Shown here: positions 1-13,137 of the stretch, piece by piece
Position numbering within the stretch: position 1 is the stretch's first letter
Layout of the letters: every line of letters begins with the position of its first letter
Source: Podarcis cretensis
Lineage: Eukaryota
Length of the DNA stretch: 64,000 bases
Assembly (NCBI GenBank): GCA_951804945.1
Contig: OX638155.1
Span: 5,642,001 to 5,706,000, forward strand
Direction: 5' to 3'
The notes under the pieces: model-generated
Databases searched by the model: none
Told to the model about the DNA's origin: nothing
What the model saw: the letters and a program-made list of their open reading frames with translations, nothing else
Translations under genes and position numbers: made by a program

Positions 1-274
1 CAATATTTTGGAACCCAACTTTACTTGTGCCCTGTTATACAGTACTTCCCACCAACATCAGACACGTGAAAGTTTATTGCGGTGACTTAGCAATAAAAGA
101 CAGGCAGTCTACACATACTCAAAAGTGCGTTCCTCATATTCTGGGGCTCTTTAAAATGGTGTTGTGGCCAAATCATGGTCAGCTCTAACAGTAATTAAAG
201 GGAGAACTGTGGCTTCAGTAGTAGAGTGCATGCTTCTTCTGCACAAATGAGATGAGACTGGATATAAGAGATCT

Positions 275-1733
275 TTCAGAGAGAGGTGTACATTGTTTTC
301 ACAATATAGGTCTCAGTATTTTACTCTGAAGCTGGTCATTTACACACCACAGACCAAATATATGGAGAGGAATTTGTGGCGAGGTAGAGAAGTGTGTGAT
401 GAATTTTGTGATTATATGTGGAGGGGTCAATGAAAATTTATGGAGTGGAAATTGAAATGATAGCTATTAATGACAATGGGCCCAGGTTCCCATCAGAAGA
501 ACCAGAAACAAAAGTTGGTGAGAATAAAGCAAGAGAACTCCAATTTGCCATCTATAAGGCACAAGACACTGATTTGGAAACCAATTCTCTCTAGAACTAC
601 AAAATCAGCTAAAAGAATAATTTTTTCCTGGACATGAAAATAGCAGCTGGAGGTGCCAGATATGTTGAACTGGTGGTAGAAAGAATTCTTAATCACAAAG
701 AGGAAGCTGCTCACCATCTGCTCCTCACAGTATATTAAGGAGGAGAGTCAGAAAGGTCTGGTACTTCAAAAACCTGAGTCACATTTCTTGATGCAATGAC
801 AGTGCCTTGGGCTTTAAACAAGCCTCCATTATTCAGTGAGTCCAGGCTCAATATGGAGATTGTTAATATTTGTTATCCTTGTTACCTGTGTATGGCTATG
901 CTCCTTAATTAGCCATATCCTCACATATTGTACTGCCAAAAAAAAAACCCCAAAGAAATCTCTATCAAGATGACAACAGAAGCCCTCCTAAACATGCAAA
1001 ATCAGGATTAAAGAATCCATAGAGAAATCCTGTGTTCAGTTCTGACAGTCTCCCTTTCAAACTGAAGAAATCGATCAGCAATCATTACAGTTTGGTGCCA
1101 GACTGAAGAGGAGATGGGAGCTGTTGCTTCAGCAGTGAAGGAACTTAGACTGGGAACTTATACAGGAGCTAGAGGATCCACCCCTTCCGCGATCTCAGTC
1201 AGGACTTGTTTCCATTTGATTCCTTCTCATGAGTAGCCTCTGCAGCAGCTAGCCAGGCACTGTGGCAACTCTTATGTTCCTGCCTGGTTCACCTTCTTCT
1301 CTGAGTCTGTGGCCCCCAAAGAGATGAGGAAGAGTCTGAGAGCCAGCCAGGATCTCAGCTATCCAGTCCTGGGGCAGGGTTGTGAGGTCCATGAAGAACA
1401 ACTTATCCAGACTGAGAATAACTTATTAAAAATGAGATCAGTAATTTGTCTATATAACTCTATTAATTCTGTCTGGGGTTATTTATGCCTGATGTTCCTT
1501 CATTTATGAAAAGTTCCAGGAGATTAAGTTCCATGGAAGGATGGAGGCTCTCCACCACTCAGCTCCAAGGTCTCAGTGACTCTCTTCATCCTGGACCAAA
1601 ATGACAGTGCTCCCCAAATCCTGTACCCCTCCCCTCCCATTGATGGTTCCACAGGGATAGAGCTGGCCCCTCGCTCCTCTGAGCTAGGCTACCTACCTTG
1701 TCATTAAGGTAGTGGCCATGGATGTGGACTCAG
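275..1733 (+). pseudogene. Decayed protocadherin gamma-A-like variable exon (relic)
   Basis: Broken-frame cadherin fragments in correct order: YGVEIEMIAINDNGPRFP (~439-492, end of EC1), NSL*NYKIS (in-frame stop ~593), GARYVELVVER and EEAAHHLLLT (EC2), PFKLKKSISNHYSLV (~1053-1097, EC4), and [51 protein letters not shown] (~1540-1692). The last is the gamma-A-type EC5/EC6 junction. A TACC duplication then frameshifts it, and similarity stops after ...VVAMDVDS at ~1733. No TM segment or donor. Confidence 0.85.
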
Positions 1734-2283
1734 ACATATATTCCTGTATGGCCCATACTGATTTTAGGAACATATTTCAAACTCTGTGATTTTGTTATCA
1801 GTGACTACAATTATCATTTGCAACTTGTCTGTTTATATAACGTTCTTGCCTATCCTCAGTCTCTGTAGATTGAATAGGATATAAGGCTAGAAAACAAAAT
1901 TGTTGCAATTATTGCAGAAGTATCGCATGCAATATCCTAGAGAGAGATGGGCAGGTGGTGGGTCAGGATCTACTGATAGATCTTTGGGTGATTTTCAGCA
2001 GAATGGCAAGGAAACCCTCTTAAATTAAGTGCTGAGTGCTATATATCTGCCTCAGAAACTTTGTTCATAAAGTTCTTGATACAAAGCCCACTGATAGTTA
2101 AGGTAATAACTTCAGAGTGTTTCCTGTATGCACCATATGTGTGCTCACTCTTGCACATACTGCCTTAGAGAGAATTGTGAAATGCACACACAACCAAATA
2201 ATTTCATAAACCTGTGCACATCTCATGAGAAATGTTGCTACCCTGTCAGCCACTGAACTCTTATCAGCATGTGCCAGTAGGTG

Positions 2284-2329
2284 CTCCTGCAGTTTTCCAG
2301 CAGAGACTCAGAGTGCCGCTGTTGGCCAA
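2284..2329 (+). promoter_or_regulatory. Pcdh conserved sequence element (CSE, CGCT box / CTCF site) of the gamma-B-like promoter
   Basis: CTCCTGCAGTT...GACTCAGAGTGCCGCTGTTGG about 240 bp upstream of the ATG. Same layout as the element upstream of gammaC3. CGCT-box CSEs are the known cPcdh promoter CTCF sites. Confidence 0.75.
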
Positions 2330-2558
2330 TACGGGATAAGGATAGAAATCAGGGGTCCATTCACTTTTCCTGTGATGCAACAATTACTGAGTTAAGTTCT
2401 GCAAATCTGAAGGAGCTGGAATTGAGGGACAACAATATAGCATCCTGCCAAAAATGGATCCCTCCCCGTTGAGACTGCATCACGGAATGATGCCTGCTCC
2501 TGACAACAACTTCTTGCAGCATGAAAGAAACTTGAAGACCCGAATCAGAAAAGAAAAG

Positions 2559-5000
2559 ATGCAAACAAAGCAGCCGAGGAAATGGCTGAAGATCACAGGA
2601 AGCAGGGAGCCACTCCGGCGGCAAGTACAGCTTTCCTTGTTATTCTCTTTGTTCTGCCTGACAATGTCGGAAGAGGTCTGGTATTCAATTCCTGAGGAAA
2701 GGGAGAAGGGTTCTCTTGTGGGAAATCTGGCCAAGGATTTGGGTCTGAGTAAGAGAGACCTGGTGAAGAGGAAGCTCCGTATTGTTTCTGCAGCTAATGC
2801 TCAGTTCTTTACTGTGAATGAGGAACATGGAGACTTCTATGTCAGAGACCAAATAGATCGAGAAGCAATCTGTGGGAAATCACCACGTTGTGTCCTTAAC
2901 TTTGAAACTGTGGTTGAAAACCCTCTAAATGTTTTTCATATAAGCATCACCATAGAGGATATTAATGATAATGCACCACAATTTTTAAAAGATGATATCA
3001 AGCTAGAAATAAGTGAATCTAGCTTGACTGGAGCCATATTCCCCCTTGCAAGTGCTGAAGATCCTGATGTTGGAATAAATTCTCTGCAAAATTACCAGCT
3101 GAGCAGTAATCAGTACTTCACCTTGGAAGTTAAAGAAAGTCCAGATGGAAATAAATACCCTATTTTAGTGCAAAGCAAACCTCTGGATCGGGAAAGTGAG
3201 CACAAACTCCATTTGATCCTTACAGGCCTGGATGGTGGAGAACCAAGAAAAACTGGAACAGCCCAGATATGGATTAATGTCACTGATGCCAATGACAACC
3301 CACCTGTTTTCACTGAGGAAGTCTATAAACTCAGCCTAAAAGAGAGTGCACCAAAAGGATTGTTAGTGATCCAGGTGAAAGCCTTTGATGCAGATGAAGG
3401 TCCTTATGCACAGATAAGATACAGTTTTAGCAATATCCCAGCTAAAACAAGCCAGAAATTCAGCCTGGATCCAGAAAGTGGAGCAATTTTAGTTAGGGAG
3501 ACTTTAGACTTTGAAGAATCCAGAAGCTATATGATGTTAGTGGAAGCCAAAGATGGTGGTGGACTACTGGCACATTGTAAAGTTGAGATTGAAGTTCTGG
3601 ATGAGAATGACAATGCTCCAGAGATTTTGCTAACATCTATGTTTAGTCCAGTTCCCGAAGACTCTCTACCAGGAACTGTGATAGCTTTGATCAATGTGGA
3701 TGATAGAGATGAAGGAGAAAATGGGAAGGTTACTTGCCACATACAATATAATTTGCCTTTTAAAATTCTTTCTTCATCTAACAGTTACTACAAGCTACTT
3801 ACAGAGAGCCCCCTAGACAGAGAAAAAGCCTCAGAGTACAACATCACAATCACGGCCATGGACAAAGGTAGCCCCCCTCTTTCCTCCAACAAAACCATCT
3901 CCCTGCAGATTTCAGATATCAATGACAACCCCCCTGCCTTTGAAAAATCAACTTATAGTGTCTTTGTGCCTGAAAACAATCCCTCAGGTGCCTCCATTTT
4001 TGCCATCAAAGCCTCGGACCCAGATCTGGACCGCAACTCATGTATCACTTACTCCATCCTCAACAGCAACATGGAGGAGCTGCCTCTCTCCTCTTACGTC
4101 TCCATCAACTCTGAGACGGGAACTATCTATGCACAGCGCTCCTTTGACTATGAGCAATTCAGGGAGTTTCAGATCCAAGTGAAGGCCCAAGATGGCGGCT
4201 CTCCCTCTCTCAGCAACAACGCCACCGTGTGGGTGTACATTTTGGATCAGAATGATAACAGTCCTCGCGTTCTGTATCCTGTCCCGGGTGTTGAGGGCTC
4301 TGCCTTGTTTGAGATGGTTCCTCACTCGGCAGAGCCAGGCTACCTAGTGACCAAAGTGGTGGCTGTGGACGCAGACTCTGGGCACAATGCCTGGCTCTCC
4401 TACCAAGTGCTGCAGGCCACGGAGCCGGCCCTCTTCACCATTGGGACCCACACAGGAGAGATCAGGACATCACGAGCCCTTCTGGAGAAAGATGCTGTGA
4501 AACAGAAGCTGGTCATCTTGGTGAAGGACAATGGGAAGGCTCCGCGCTCAGCTACTGTGGTCCTCAACCTCGTGGTTGCCGAGAACTTCCAAGAGGCACT
4601 TCCGGAAATGAGCAAACCAGCCATTGACTCTAAGTATCAGTCTGATATGAATGCCATTTTAGTTATAGCCTTGGCTTTGGTCTCATTCTTATTCCTTTTT
4701 ACAGTCTTAACAGTTTTAATACTTAAATGTCGGAGACAGAGAAGCCCAACAGTGCTTGGATCCTACAATACTGACTTGTACTCTAGCTTGGGCCACAAAT
4801 TTTCCTGCAATTACAATAATGGGACATTGACATTGCCCTATTCATATGAAGTGTGCTTAGCGTCTAAGGCAGACCGGAATGAGTTTGCCTTTCTGAAACC
4901 AAACCTCTCAGTGGCCACAGATGATCCCATTCTGAAGGACGATTCTGGAATTGGGAATGAATCTCTGGGTGAAAATCTCATCCCTGATAACAGTGTACAG
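2559..5000 (+). CDS. PCDHGB: Protocadherin gamma-B-like variable exon (signal, EC1-6, TM, variable cytoplasmic domain); splices to constant exons
   Basis: ORF 2454-5024. YSIPEE...[11 protein letters not shown], six cadherin repeats (DRE, DxNDNxP) and a hydrophobic TM. Gamma-B diagnostics: [40 protein letters not shown]. Phase-0 donor CAG|GTGAGA at 5000/5001. ATG 2559 chosen as it precedes the signal peptide. Confidence 0.93.
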
Positions 5001-5587
5001 GTGAGAATCACAGATACATTTTAAGACCTAGACTGCAAGGCTGTAATATTTTCGTTTTCTAACCTGCTTGTTCAGAATGAAGAAAAGCTGTTTGGTGGCA
5101 CCCACTTTTCAGCTACATTTCGAACACTGTTTAGTTAAGATCCCTGATGAACAATGTAAGCAAAAGGTGATATCTTGGCATAGAATATACAGTAGTCTTC
5201 TGCACCTATAAGGTATGGATGTTTCCATAAAGTTAGATATTTTCATGGAACCTGGTAAGCTTGAACTTTCCTTTAGATCTGAGGGTAATGGACCCAAGAA
5301 GACATTTAACAATGTCAGAATTGTCCCTTTATTCTTCAAAGGTAACAGGACGATCATTCTATCGCAATAATGTAATTTCTTCTTTGGTACAGATTTCTTG
5401 GGTTATGTCTGCCCTCTACTGATCAGATGTTATACTGCAGTTCTGGGTTTAGCATAGTGTTCCTAGACTTTATTACAAGCGCAACCAACTTAATAATATT
5501 TAGCTACAAATCAGTTTTACTTTGTGTTGATTTTAAATACCTTGTCTTATTTGTTGCAGGGTGTGTGTGTGAAGAATACTGTCACAA

Positions 5588-5750
5588 TCTTCTCTTCTTC
5601 AGGCTAAACATACCCAGTCATAGGGCTTGTCTTTTATACCATGGACCATATCTACGTGGCCCTTCTCTGCACCTGTTCCAAATTATCTAAATTCTTCTAA
5701 ATATGCAATGTCCAGGACTGGGCATCATCCTTCAGATGCAATATGACTAG
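5588..5750 (-). mobile_element. Degenerate CR1 LINE 3' fragment
   Basis: CTTCTCTTCTTCAGGCTAAACATACCCAG is the reverse complement of the CR1 LGMFSLEKRR segment seen at 13753-13780. Confidence 0.6.
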
Positions 5751-5779
5751 TACATGAGTTTTGTTTGTTTTCCTTTTGG

Positions 5780-6010
5780 CTATATTTCCAAATCTGAAAG
5801 GTTGTGCTCGTTTAAGCAGGTGGCAACAGGTTTTTCAAGGCTTGTGTGTGTGCGACTACTCATTTGTGATTTTTTGAAATTGTAACAAAGGTCTGCCCTC
5901 GTTTTTCCAACATGGTGTATATGGCACACCGGGTACTTACATTCTGTAACGCAGGTGAAACTGTATAACACGGAATTTAAAGTGTTATGATCAGTGATAG
6001 AGTTTTGCAA
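5780..6010 (-). mobile_element. Degenerate GIY-YIG endonuclease fragment of a Penelope-like retroelement
   Basis: Translation NSVLYSFTC...C...HVGKTRADL...RTHTSLEKPVATCLNEHNLSDLEI resembles the PLE GIY-YIG pattern NxxYxIxC..C...YVGxT...L...KPVAxHFN..HxxxDLx. Confidence 0.55.
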
Positions 6011-6470
6011 GAATACTGGCTATCAAGGGTGATGGAGGGAAGATGCTGGATCAAAGCATGCTATAAATGGGATATGATATTGCATGTTTCTATCTTCCAC
6101 ACCCAGAGAGCGTCTCTTCCACAAAGGTGGGACAAATACTTAGAAGCAGCACCTATCTCCATTTTTTTTAGTATGTGTGCATTCAGCATCCATCTATACC
6201 TTGTGATCAAGAAGATCTTACAGACTTATCAATGTCTACTACTCCCTTCTGCACATTGCATCTGTTTAAAAATAGTAATCTTGAAATGTGATTCTGCCTT
6301 TTTAAAAATTGGATTATAGGAATTGTAAAGAGGCATAAGACTCATTTGAATGGATTGACTCTGCTAAAGATAATATTTGTCATCTGTTAGGACTAAGTCA
6401 TCTGTAAGCTAGGGAAAGACTGTAAGACTGAGAAAGAAGGAGAGGCAGTGATAAAATATTTTTAATATTT

Positions 6471-6587
6471 TGTTGGAAGCCGCCCAGAGTGGCTGGGGAA
6501 ACCCAGCCAGATGGGCGGGGTATAAATAATAAATTATCATTATCATTATCATCATTATCATTATATCATTATCATTATCATTATATC
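6471..6587 (+). mobile_element. LINE (probably L2-clade) 3' terminus with (ATCATT)n-like tail
   Basis: TGTTGGAAGCCGCCCAGAGTGGCTGGGG...GATGGGCGGGGTATAAATAATAAA followed by a simple-repeat tail. Typical squamate LINE end. Confidence 0.6.
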
Positions 6588-8353
6588 AAATAAGGTTTCA
6601 AGCAGGAGACAGGACCTAATAACATCAGCCATGCCATCAGAGTTCATTCACCTGCCCATAAAACACCATTGCCAACAATGCCTTTGTCTGAATAGGCCTG
6701 GCCCACCCATGAGACAAGTAGAGGCAACAGCCTCAGGTGGCAGGTTCTAAAGGGGCAGCAGATCCCAAAATAGATCTTTATTCCTTCCTTGTTCCTGGTG
6801 TAGATATTCACTCACCCCTTCTTCCCTGGCAGGGAGGGGGTGCCATTTTGTGGTTTGCCTCAGGTGCCAAAAAGTATTAGGCTGGCCCATAAACAGGCCA
6901 TTTGTACTAAAGAACACAAATCTGATATAAAAAATGGCAACATTCAGTGGAAGAGCAGGATCCCCTGCTGGTGACCCCAAATTAACAATACTCTGGCAAA
7001 AAGACTTAAACAGGCAGTTACAGCTTGGAGTTGCTGTACTAGAATTTCTCAGCAAGTTTCATACTGTTCTGTTCTGGCTCAGCTGAATCAATTGATTTGC
7101 TTCATAGTACGAAAACAACAGAGAATTCTTTGGCAGCTAACATATGTATTGTGGAATAAGCTTTCATGGTGGACTCTAGCCCACAAAAACTTTCGCCATA
7201 ATAAATTTGCTAGGCTTAAAAAGACTCTGTTGTTTTCAGGCAACAAATTTCAGTCTTTGAGGTGCCACAAGACATTTTGTTCTTTTTATGGGCTTCTCTT
7301 GAATCATCAAATCACATGTGTAATTTTGTATCAGGACCAACTTTTTGATATAAAGGCAGGCCACTTAAAAATGGCAGGCAAAAGGAGACATTTGGCAGCC
7401 AAGTTTGGGTGTTACTCAGTTGATCTTAAGATAAATGTGAGTCATCCGTTGCTGCAACAGTGGACAAATAAAGGTGGCAGCTTAACACAGGATGATGCTT
7501 TCTGACTGAACATGTTTTAAAAGGCTTCTCAGATTTTGGCAGGAACTGCAGGCAACCAGTTTCTAAAGTTATATCTACAATGGTAAATTAGCATTTACTG
7601 AATGGCCTGTTGTTGTTAAAATTTGTATACCACCCTTCATCTGAAAGATCACAAGTTGATTTAATTAAAACCACTCTGCAGAGAATAATGGAATATGATA
7701 CCAAAGGCATGAAAAGCAAACTAGTGGATTCCTGATATATTTGTTATTATCTCTTCTATGTAGCTGAGAATTCACATAGAAAATGTTCTGCTCTCTAGCT
7801 TACTCCAGAATGTCAGCAGTTTTTTGTTTGTTGCAGCAAAACCCACAATGACTACCTTAAAAGTTTATTGTGGCATACAGGTTATATATTTTATTGCTTC
7901 AGTTGAGGCGATGTTCTTATCACTATGCAAAGCATGAGCAGGGAGCGAATTTCCCCCTACCTCTCATCTCATAATTCAAGGTCTTCAAAGAAGTGGTCTG
8001 CATACAGTTCAAGGCTGACATAAGAAAATACTTCTGTACAAAGTTAATAATTAACTCAGCATCCTAAGATGTGATGAGATTGCTTTATGAAAAATGGTTG
8101 AACCTACATAGATGAAGGCAGTATACCTCAAAGGAACAGCTGGTCCCTTTCATTTCTATGCCTTGCTTGACAGCTTGCAGAGATCTTTGCTTTCTGATAT
8201 TAACAGCAGAATGCTGATCTAGATGGATTTTGCTTTGATTCAGCAAGGCAACTCTTGATCTTAGGTTCCCCAAGTGACTTGTGAATGTTCCAGGGAAATG
8301 AACATTTTTATTATGAACTATTATTATTATGCACACAGGTGTAAAACAATATA

Positions 8354-8897
8354 CCGTATTTTTCTGTGTATTGGACGAGGGTTTTTGACTCAAAAATCAC
8401 TTCAGAAAACGGAGGTCGTCCAATACATGGATAGTGGCATGGCAGCGGGGAGAAGGGCGGTGTGACGCCAGGCATTCGGTGGGCTGGAGCGCGGCTTCCC
8501 CTGATGCAGCAGCGAGCGGGGAGCGATCTAGGGGGTGTTTACTGCCCACAGCTGCGTGGTGGGGAGAAGCAGCGTGCTGCCAGCCAGCTCTTTGACGGGA
8601 TCGCAAATTCACCCGATGCCGCTGCGCACAGGATCATTTCCCTGGATCATTTCCCATGCATGGCGGCATTGGGGGAGGTTGCTCTCCTGCAAACCGGATG
8701 GCTGGAGGGAGCACAAATTCATCCAATGCTGTTGCGTGTGGGGAATGATCTAGGGAGTGTTTTCTGCCCACAGCTGCGTGGGGGGAGAGGGTGAACAACT
8801 TTGGGCCATCTCCCCTCATTTTCTTAAAATTTAGTCTCTCAAAATGGGGGGTGGGGTGTCTTCTACAAGGGGACGTCTTATAGACAGAAAAGTACGG
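8354..8897. mobile_element. Non-autonomous Tc1/mariner-type DNA transposon
   Basis: TIRs (TA)CCGTATTTTTCTGT...ACAGAAAAGTACGG, GC-rich interior with an internal duplication. Confidence 0.7.
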
Positions 8898-9902
8898 TCA
8901 CTTGGTCAGCAATAAAGGCAAACTAGAAAATTGAAAAAGCCACCAGGTGAGGGTAATGCTGAAACTATTGTAGTCATTAGTTTGGTAATAGCTCAATCCT
9001 ATACATGTTTACTTGGAAGTAAGGGTGAAAATAGACACAATGGTGGTCAATTTGTAAACAGCTACTGGGAGCGGTGATCTGGATCAGGACCACAACAGGA
9101 GCAAAGGCTTGAATCTTCTCTCTCTCCCAGCCCCAGTCTGGATTGGGCTTTCCTATACTTGTTATTTAGTAAACAAGAAACAATCATTAACATGCCGTTG
9201 TCATTCTCTATTTTGGTTCTTCTTTCCCACAAGTTCAACGGATTTTACTCCCAACAGTAAGTGTGCACAGGATTGCAACCTTACAGCCCTGTTTCATAAA
9301 TTTCAATGTACTTATCTACATACAGCCTGTGCACAATCTATGCAGGATTTGGCTGTTAACCCCTTAAAGCTAGCTATAATGCATTTCACATACAAGCTGT
9401 TGAGAGAGGTTTTGTCAATCGTGGGCCTAAGAACTATGGTCTTAGCCCACAAAAGACAAGAGGGCAAAGGATGTGATGATACTACTTCATATGAACAGGT
9501 TTTTGGCTGGTAGTGGATGTGAGGGGACCGTTAACCACACTGACTTTTGCTGTGCTCTGAGTTGCATTTTGTGTGGGATGTATATGACTATAAATCCAAT
9601 CCAACCATCAGCAGAAAATGATGGGGCAGGACAGTGGTGAGATTAATGATATATCCTGCATCATTTTAAGGCAACGTTTAACCATGTGCTGAGCCTCAAA
9701 CTATGTGTGGTAGTTTGGTCTGAAGATTTTGTTTTGTTAGGGAAATGTGGTCAAAGGACTAAAAATTGATTGCAGGAAAGAGGCTTAGGAGGAAGCAGTG
9801 ATTAACATTCTCCCTTCTAATTCTTTTTGTAATCAAAAATGCCCCCCTCCCACAGCACTCCCCCTATTGTTTCATGTGGGGGGGGGGGAGAGAAGTTAGT
9901 GT

Positions 9903-10075
9903 CATACCCTCCAATATATCTTTGATGAAAATAGGGACGTCCTATTTAATAGTAGTAGTAGTAGTAGTAGTAGACTGGGTTGCCCTAGCAACTCTGGTGG
10001 CTTCCAACATATATAAAAACATACAACATAAAAAAATACTTCCCTATGCAGGGCTGCCTTCAGATATTTTCTAAA
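9903..10075. mobile_element. Partial copy of composite MITE family (related copies at 21121-21545 and 53693-54033)
   Basis: CATACCCTCCAA...GATGAAAATAGGGACGTCC...GCTTCCAACATATATAAAAAC...CTTCCCTAT.CAGG..TGCCTTC is shared between the copies. Confidence 0.55.
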
Positions 10076-13059
10076 GGTTGTATAGTGGTGTTGCCATATT
10101 TCAAGAGGTAAAAATCCGGACACAAAACGTTGTTGAGCTTTTTTATGGCAATTACCTGATAGCCTCTCTGCCACCACAGAGCCCAAGCCACCCATGCCAG
10201 AGCCAGAGCCCCATTCAACGAGGACTAGAGACTTGTTTCTTTATTTTAAATTGAAATCTGGGGAACATGGCCAGTTAAGGGTTCAAACAGACAATGGGTG
10301 GCATGTCTAGAATCCAGGAAAACCTGACAGATAAGGCTACAGAGACAACTTTATTTTGACCTCAGTCGGAGAGATTAAACATATGCTTACCTCTCCCATC
10401 CAAAGTGCTTAATTTTTTCTAAGACTGCTTCTACTGCATTTTACAGTGTCTTTAGAATTTGTTCACAATTTTGGTTTTATCATTTCCTTCTAAATAATCT
10501 TGAGGTTGTTAAAATTTGCCTCTGTGTGACAAAAAAGCTGTTCATAAATCACAAAAATATTAATAAAATGGATATGATTGACACTATTTTTAGAAAGAAG
10601 ACAATGAAAATCCACTTTAAATTATGAAAGAAATGACATTTGTGAGTGCTGAGGTGGGACTCGTGTCTCCATAGGAAAAAGCAAAGGCAAAGATCCCTTG
10701 CAGTGCAGAAAATAGTGCGCTCCTCCCTGCTACCAGCTGCATATATCAGGGAGAAGCTGTACGTAGGTAGAAGCTTGCTTGTCACCCAGGAGGCTCTCTC
10801 TCACACAATCCAAAGAGACTAGGGAAGAAGTCAAGAGCTAATCATGAATAGATTTGCATGGTTGCATCAGATTTGGGATATTCCTCAAGCATATGTTTCC
10901 AAAGGATATTTGCTGCACACCCACACAGACCTTTTAACATGACTGATTTTAGTCTAATGACCCATAGAATATGGAAAGATATTTTAGCCTGTGGTGTTTT
11001 CCTGATATAAATTTCCTCCATTGCCAGCAACTTGTTATATTTTCAGTAGGTGTTCCTTCGTTACTTCTTTGCCTTCTATGCAACCTGATACATTTGCACA
11101 AGGCAAAGGTCCATTCAAGACTGTAAAACACACAAACACACACACATCCTCTATTTCTCAATTAAGACTGAAATAAATTGCAGTCAGAGATCAACACTAT
11201 GTGCCTCATTCAGAAACATAAAAAGTAGCCTGATGAAGAATTTGGCTCAGTTCAAAGGTTTGTGAGCAGCACTGGTTGGAATTGTTGTTGTTCTTACATT
11301 AGTAATTTACAATATGAAAACAGCACCAAAAAAATAGAATAAATAATCCAAGTCACAGCAGCAGCGGCGGCAGCAACCTGTCATAATGCAGACAATAAAA
11401 CCCCTCAGCATAAGCCACAGCTCCTACAATAAGCATAGTCATAAAAACAATGCAAAAGTAAGAGCAATGGCCAATAAAAGCAGAGAGTGTGCATGGCATT
11501 AAGGCTGCTAACCAAAACTGCAGTGCTAGCTGCCAACAAAGGCCTTTTGGAACAAATATATATGGGGCACTCATGAAGGTGGCATGTGGGCTTCCTTGGT
11601 AAGGGGTTCAATAGTATAGGTGCCCCACAGTGGTGCTTTAAAGAAAAGACCTAGCATTTATCTTGCAAGCAAACAGTGCCTAGGGCAACTGAGACAGAAC
11701 TGAAGGGCCTCGTTCCTTTTCAGGAGATGAGCCACATGGTTCTGCTGTGGCTTTAAGGATAGGCCTGCATAGAACTCGCTGCAGTGGTGATGGGAATCAG
11801 ATGCTTAGCGTTTGCTCACAGTGTGATAGGACTGTGACTGGTCGTCACCAATAAATTTACTGGCCTAGGTCAGCAGGGGTGGGGTGGGGACATTTGGATC
11901 AGGGCCAGTAGCCAAGCTGCCAGTAACCAAAGAGGGGGAAAGCATGCTGTCATAATACAGCAGTTCCAGGAAGGCAAGTTTGAGTAGAGCCATAAGGCCA
12001 CAATAAAGATTTTTAGGTCTTGCTCCCATTCTGTGGCACTGATCCAAACTAGGAAAAGCAAAGTGTATGGGGTGATCCAATCACAGATCTCCCATTGAAT
12101 TCTCACTTTGGCTAGTCATATGCTATCACTATTGCTTGCTAATTTTTTCCATTGTTGTTGACCTTCAATTCAGAATCAACAGGCTGGGGTACATAGAAGC
12201 ACATCCGCTGCAAAAAGTCTTATCTAGTGGCCTTGTGGGGGGAAAGTAACATTTTTGCCTTGTCATGGAACTTGGATAGCCGAGCTGTTAGCATTAACAT
12301 TTCCTCTGTGCTGAATATTTACCCCCTGCTGCACCATTCTGTTCTTTTCACGTGCTTTCTGTGCTCTCTCTGTTGTATTATGCTGGGTGTACATTTCATC
12401 CTTTTAAGTGTATGCCACCTTGGGGGTTCTTATTTGGGTCAGAAGGTGGACAGTTTTTTGTTTGTTGTTTAAAGCAGAAGAAGAGAGTGAGAGAATGTTT
12501 AAAAAGGGAGAAGATGTGAAAATAACAGTCATTCTGGTACTGTCCAGTGTGGTGTAGAATGCCGACAGACACAAGCTCTTTTACACCATTAACATGGTGC
12601 AGCCTCAATTGATTTTCAGACTTTATATCTTTGAACTGTCCATCCTTCGATGTGCCTTATGAAATTGCTGCACTTCAAATAATCTGTCTTTCAGCTCCAT
12701 TTTCTGCGCTATTAATGTTTATGAAGAAGCTTCTCCATTCCTGTATTTAGCATTGGCATTAACGCTCATGCCATTTTCTGGCCATTTAATTTTGTTCTTT
12801 AGAAGCTAGGCCTTTGGTGGGAAATTCTGTTAAAGTGGGATTTGGAAGAGTATCACATTAAGCCTAAGATTCAGTACAAACTTGCTTTCTTCAAGTCTAT
12901 AAAAAAGCATCCCTGAACAGATATTTGAGACCAAAGTCCAACTTTCCTGGTTTTCCTGCTGGTGGATAGGAAGAAATATGGGGTCTTTGGTACTTTTTAT
13001 ATGGAAGGTCCTCCATTCCTATTCCTCCCACTGCCAGCTAAAGAGGTTATTGTGGCTCC

Positions 13060-13137
13060 TGCTTTGCAGGGGGTTGGACTAGATGACCATTTGGGTCCCT
13101 TCCAGCTCTACAATTCTTTGATTCTATGATTCTATGA
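13060..13137 (+). mobile_element. CR1 3' end fragment
   Basis: GGGGGTTGGACTAGATGACC...GGTCCCTTCCA...(ATTCTATG)n tail. Confidence 0.75.
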
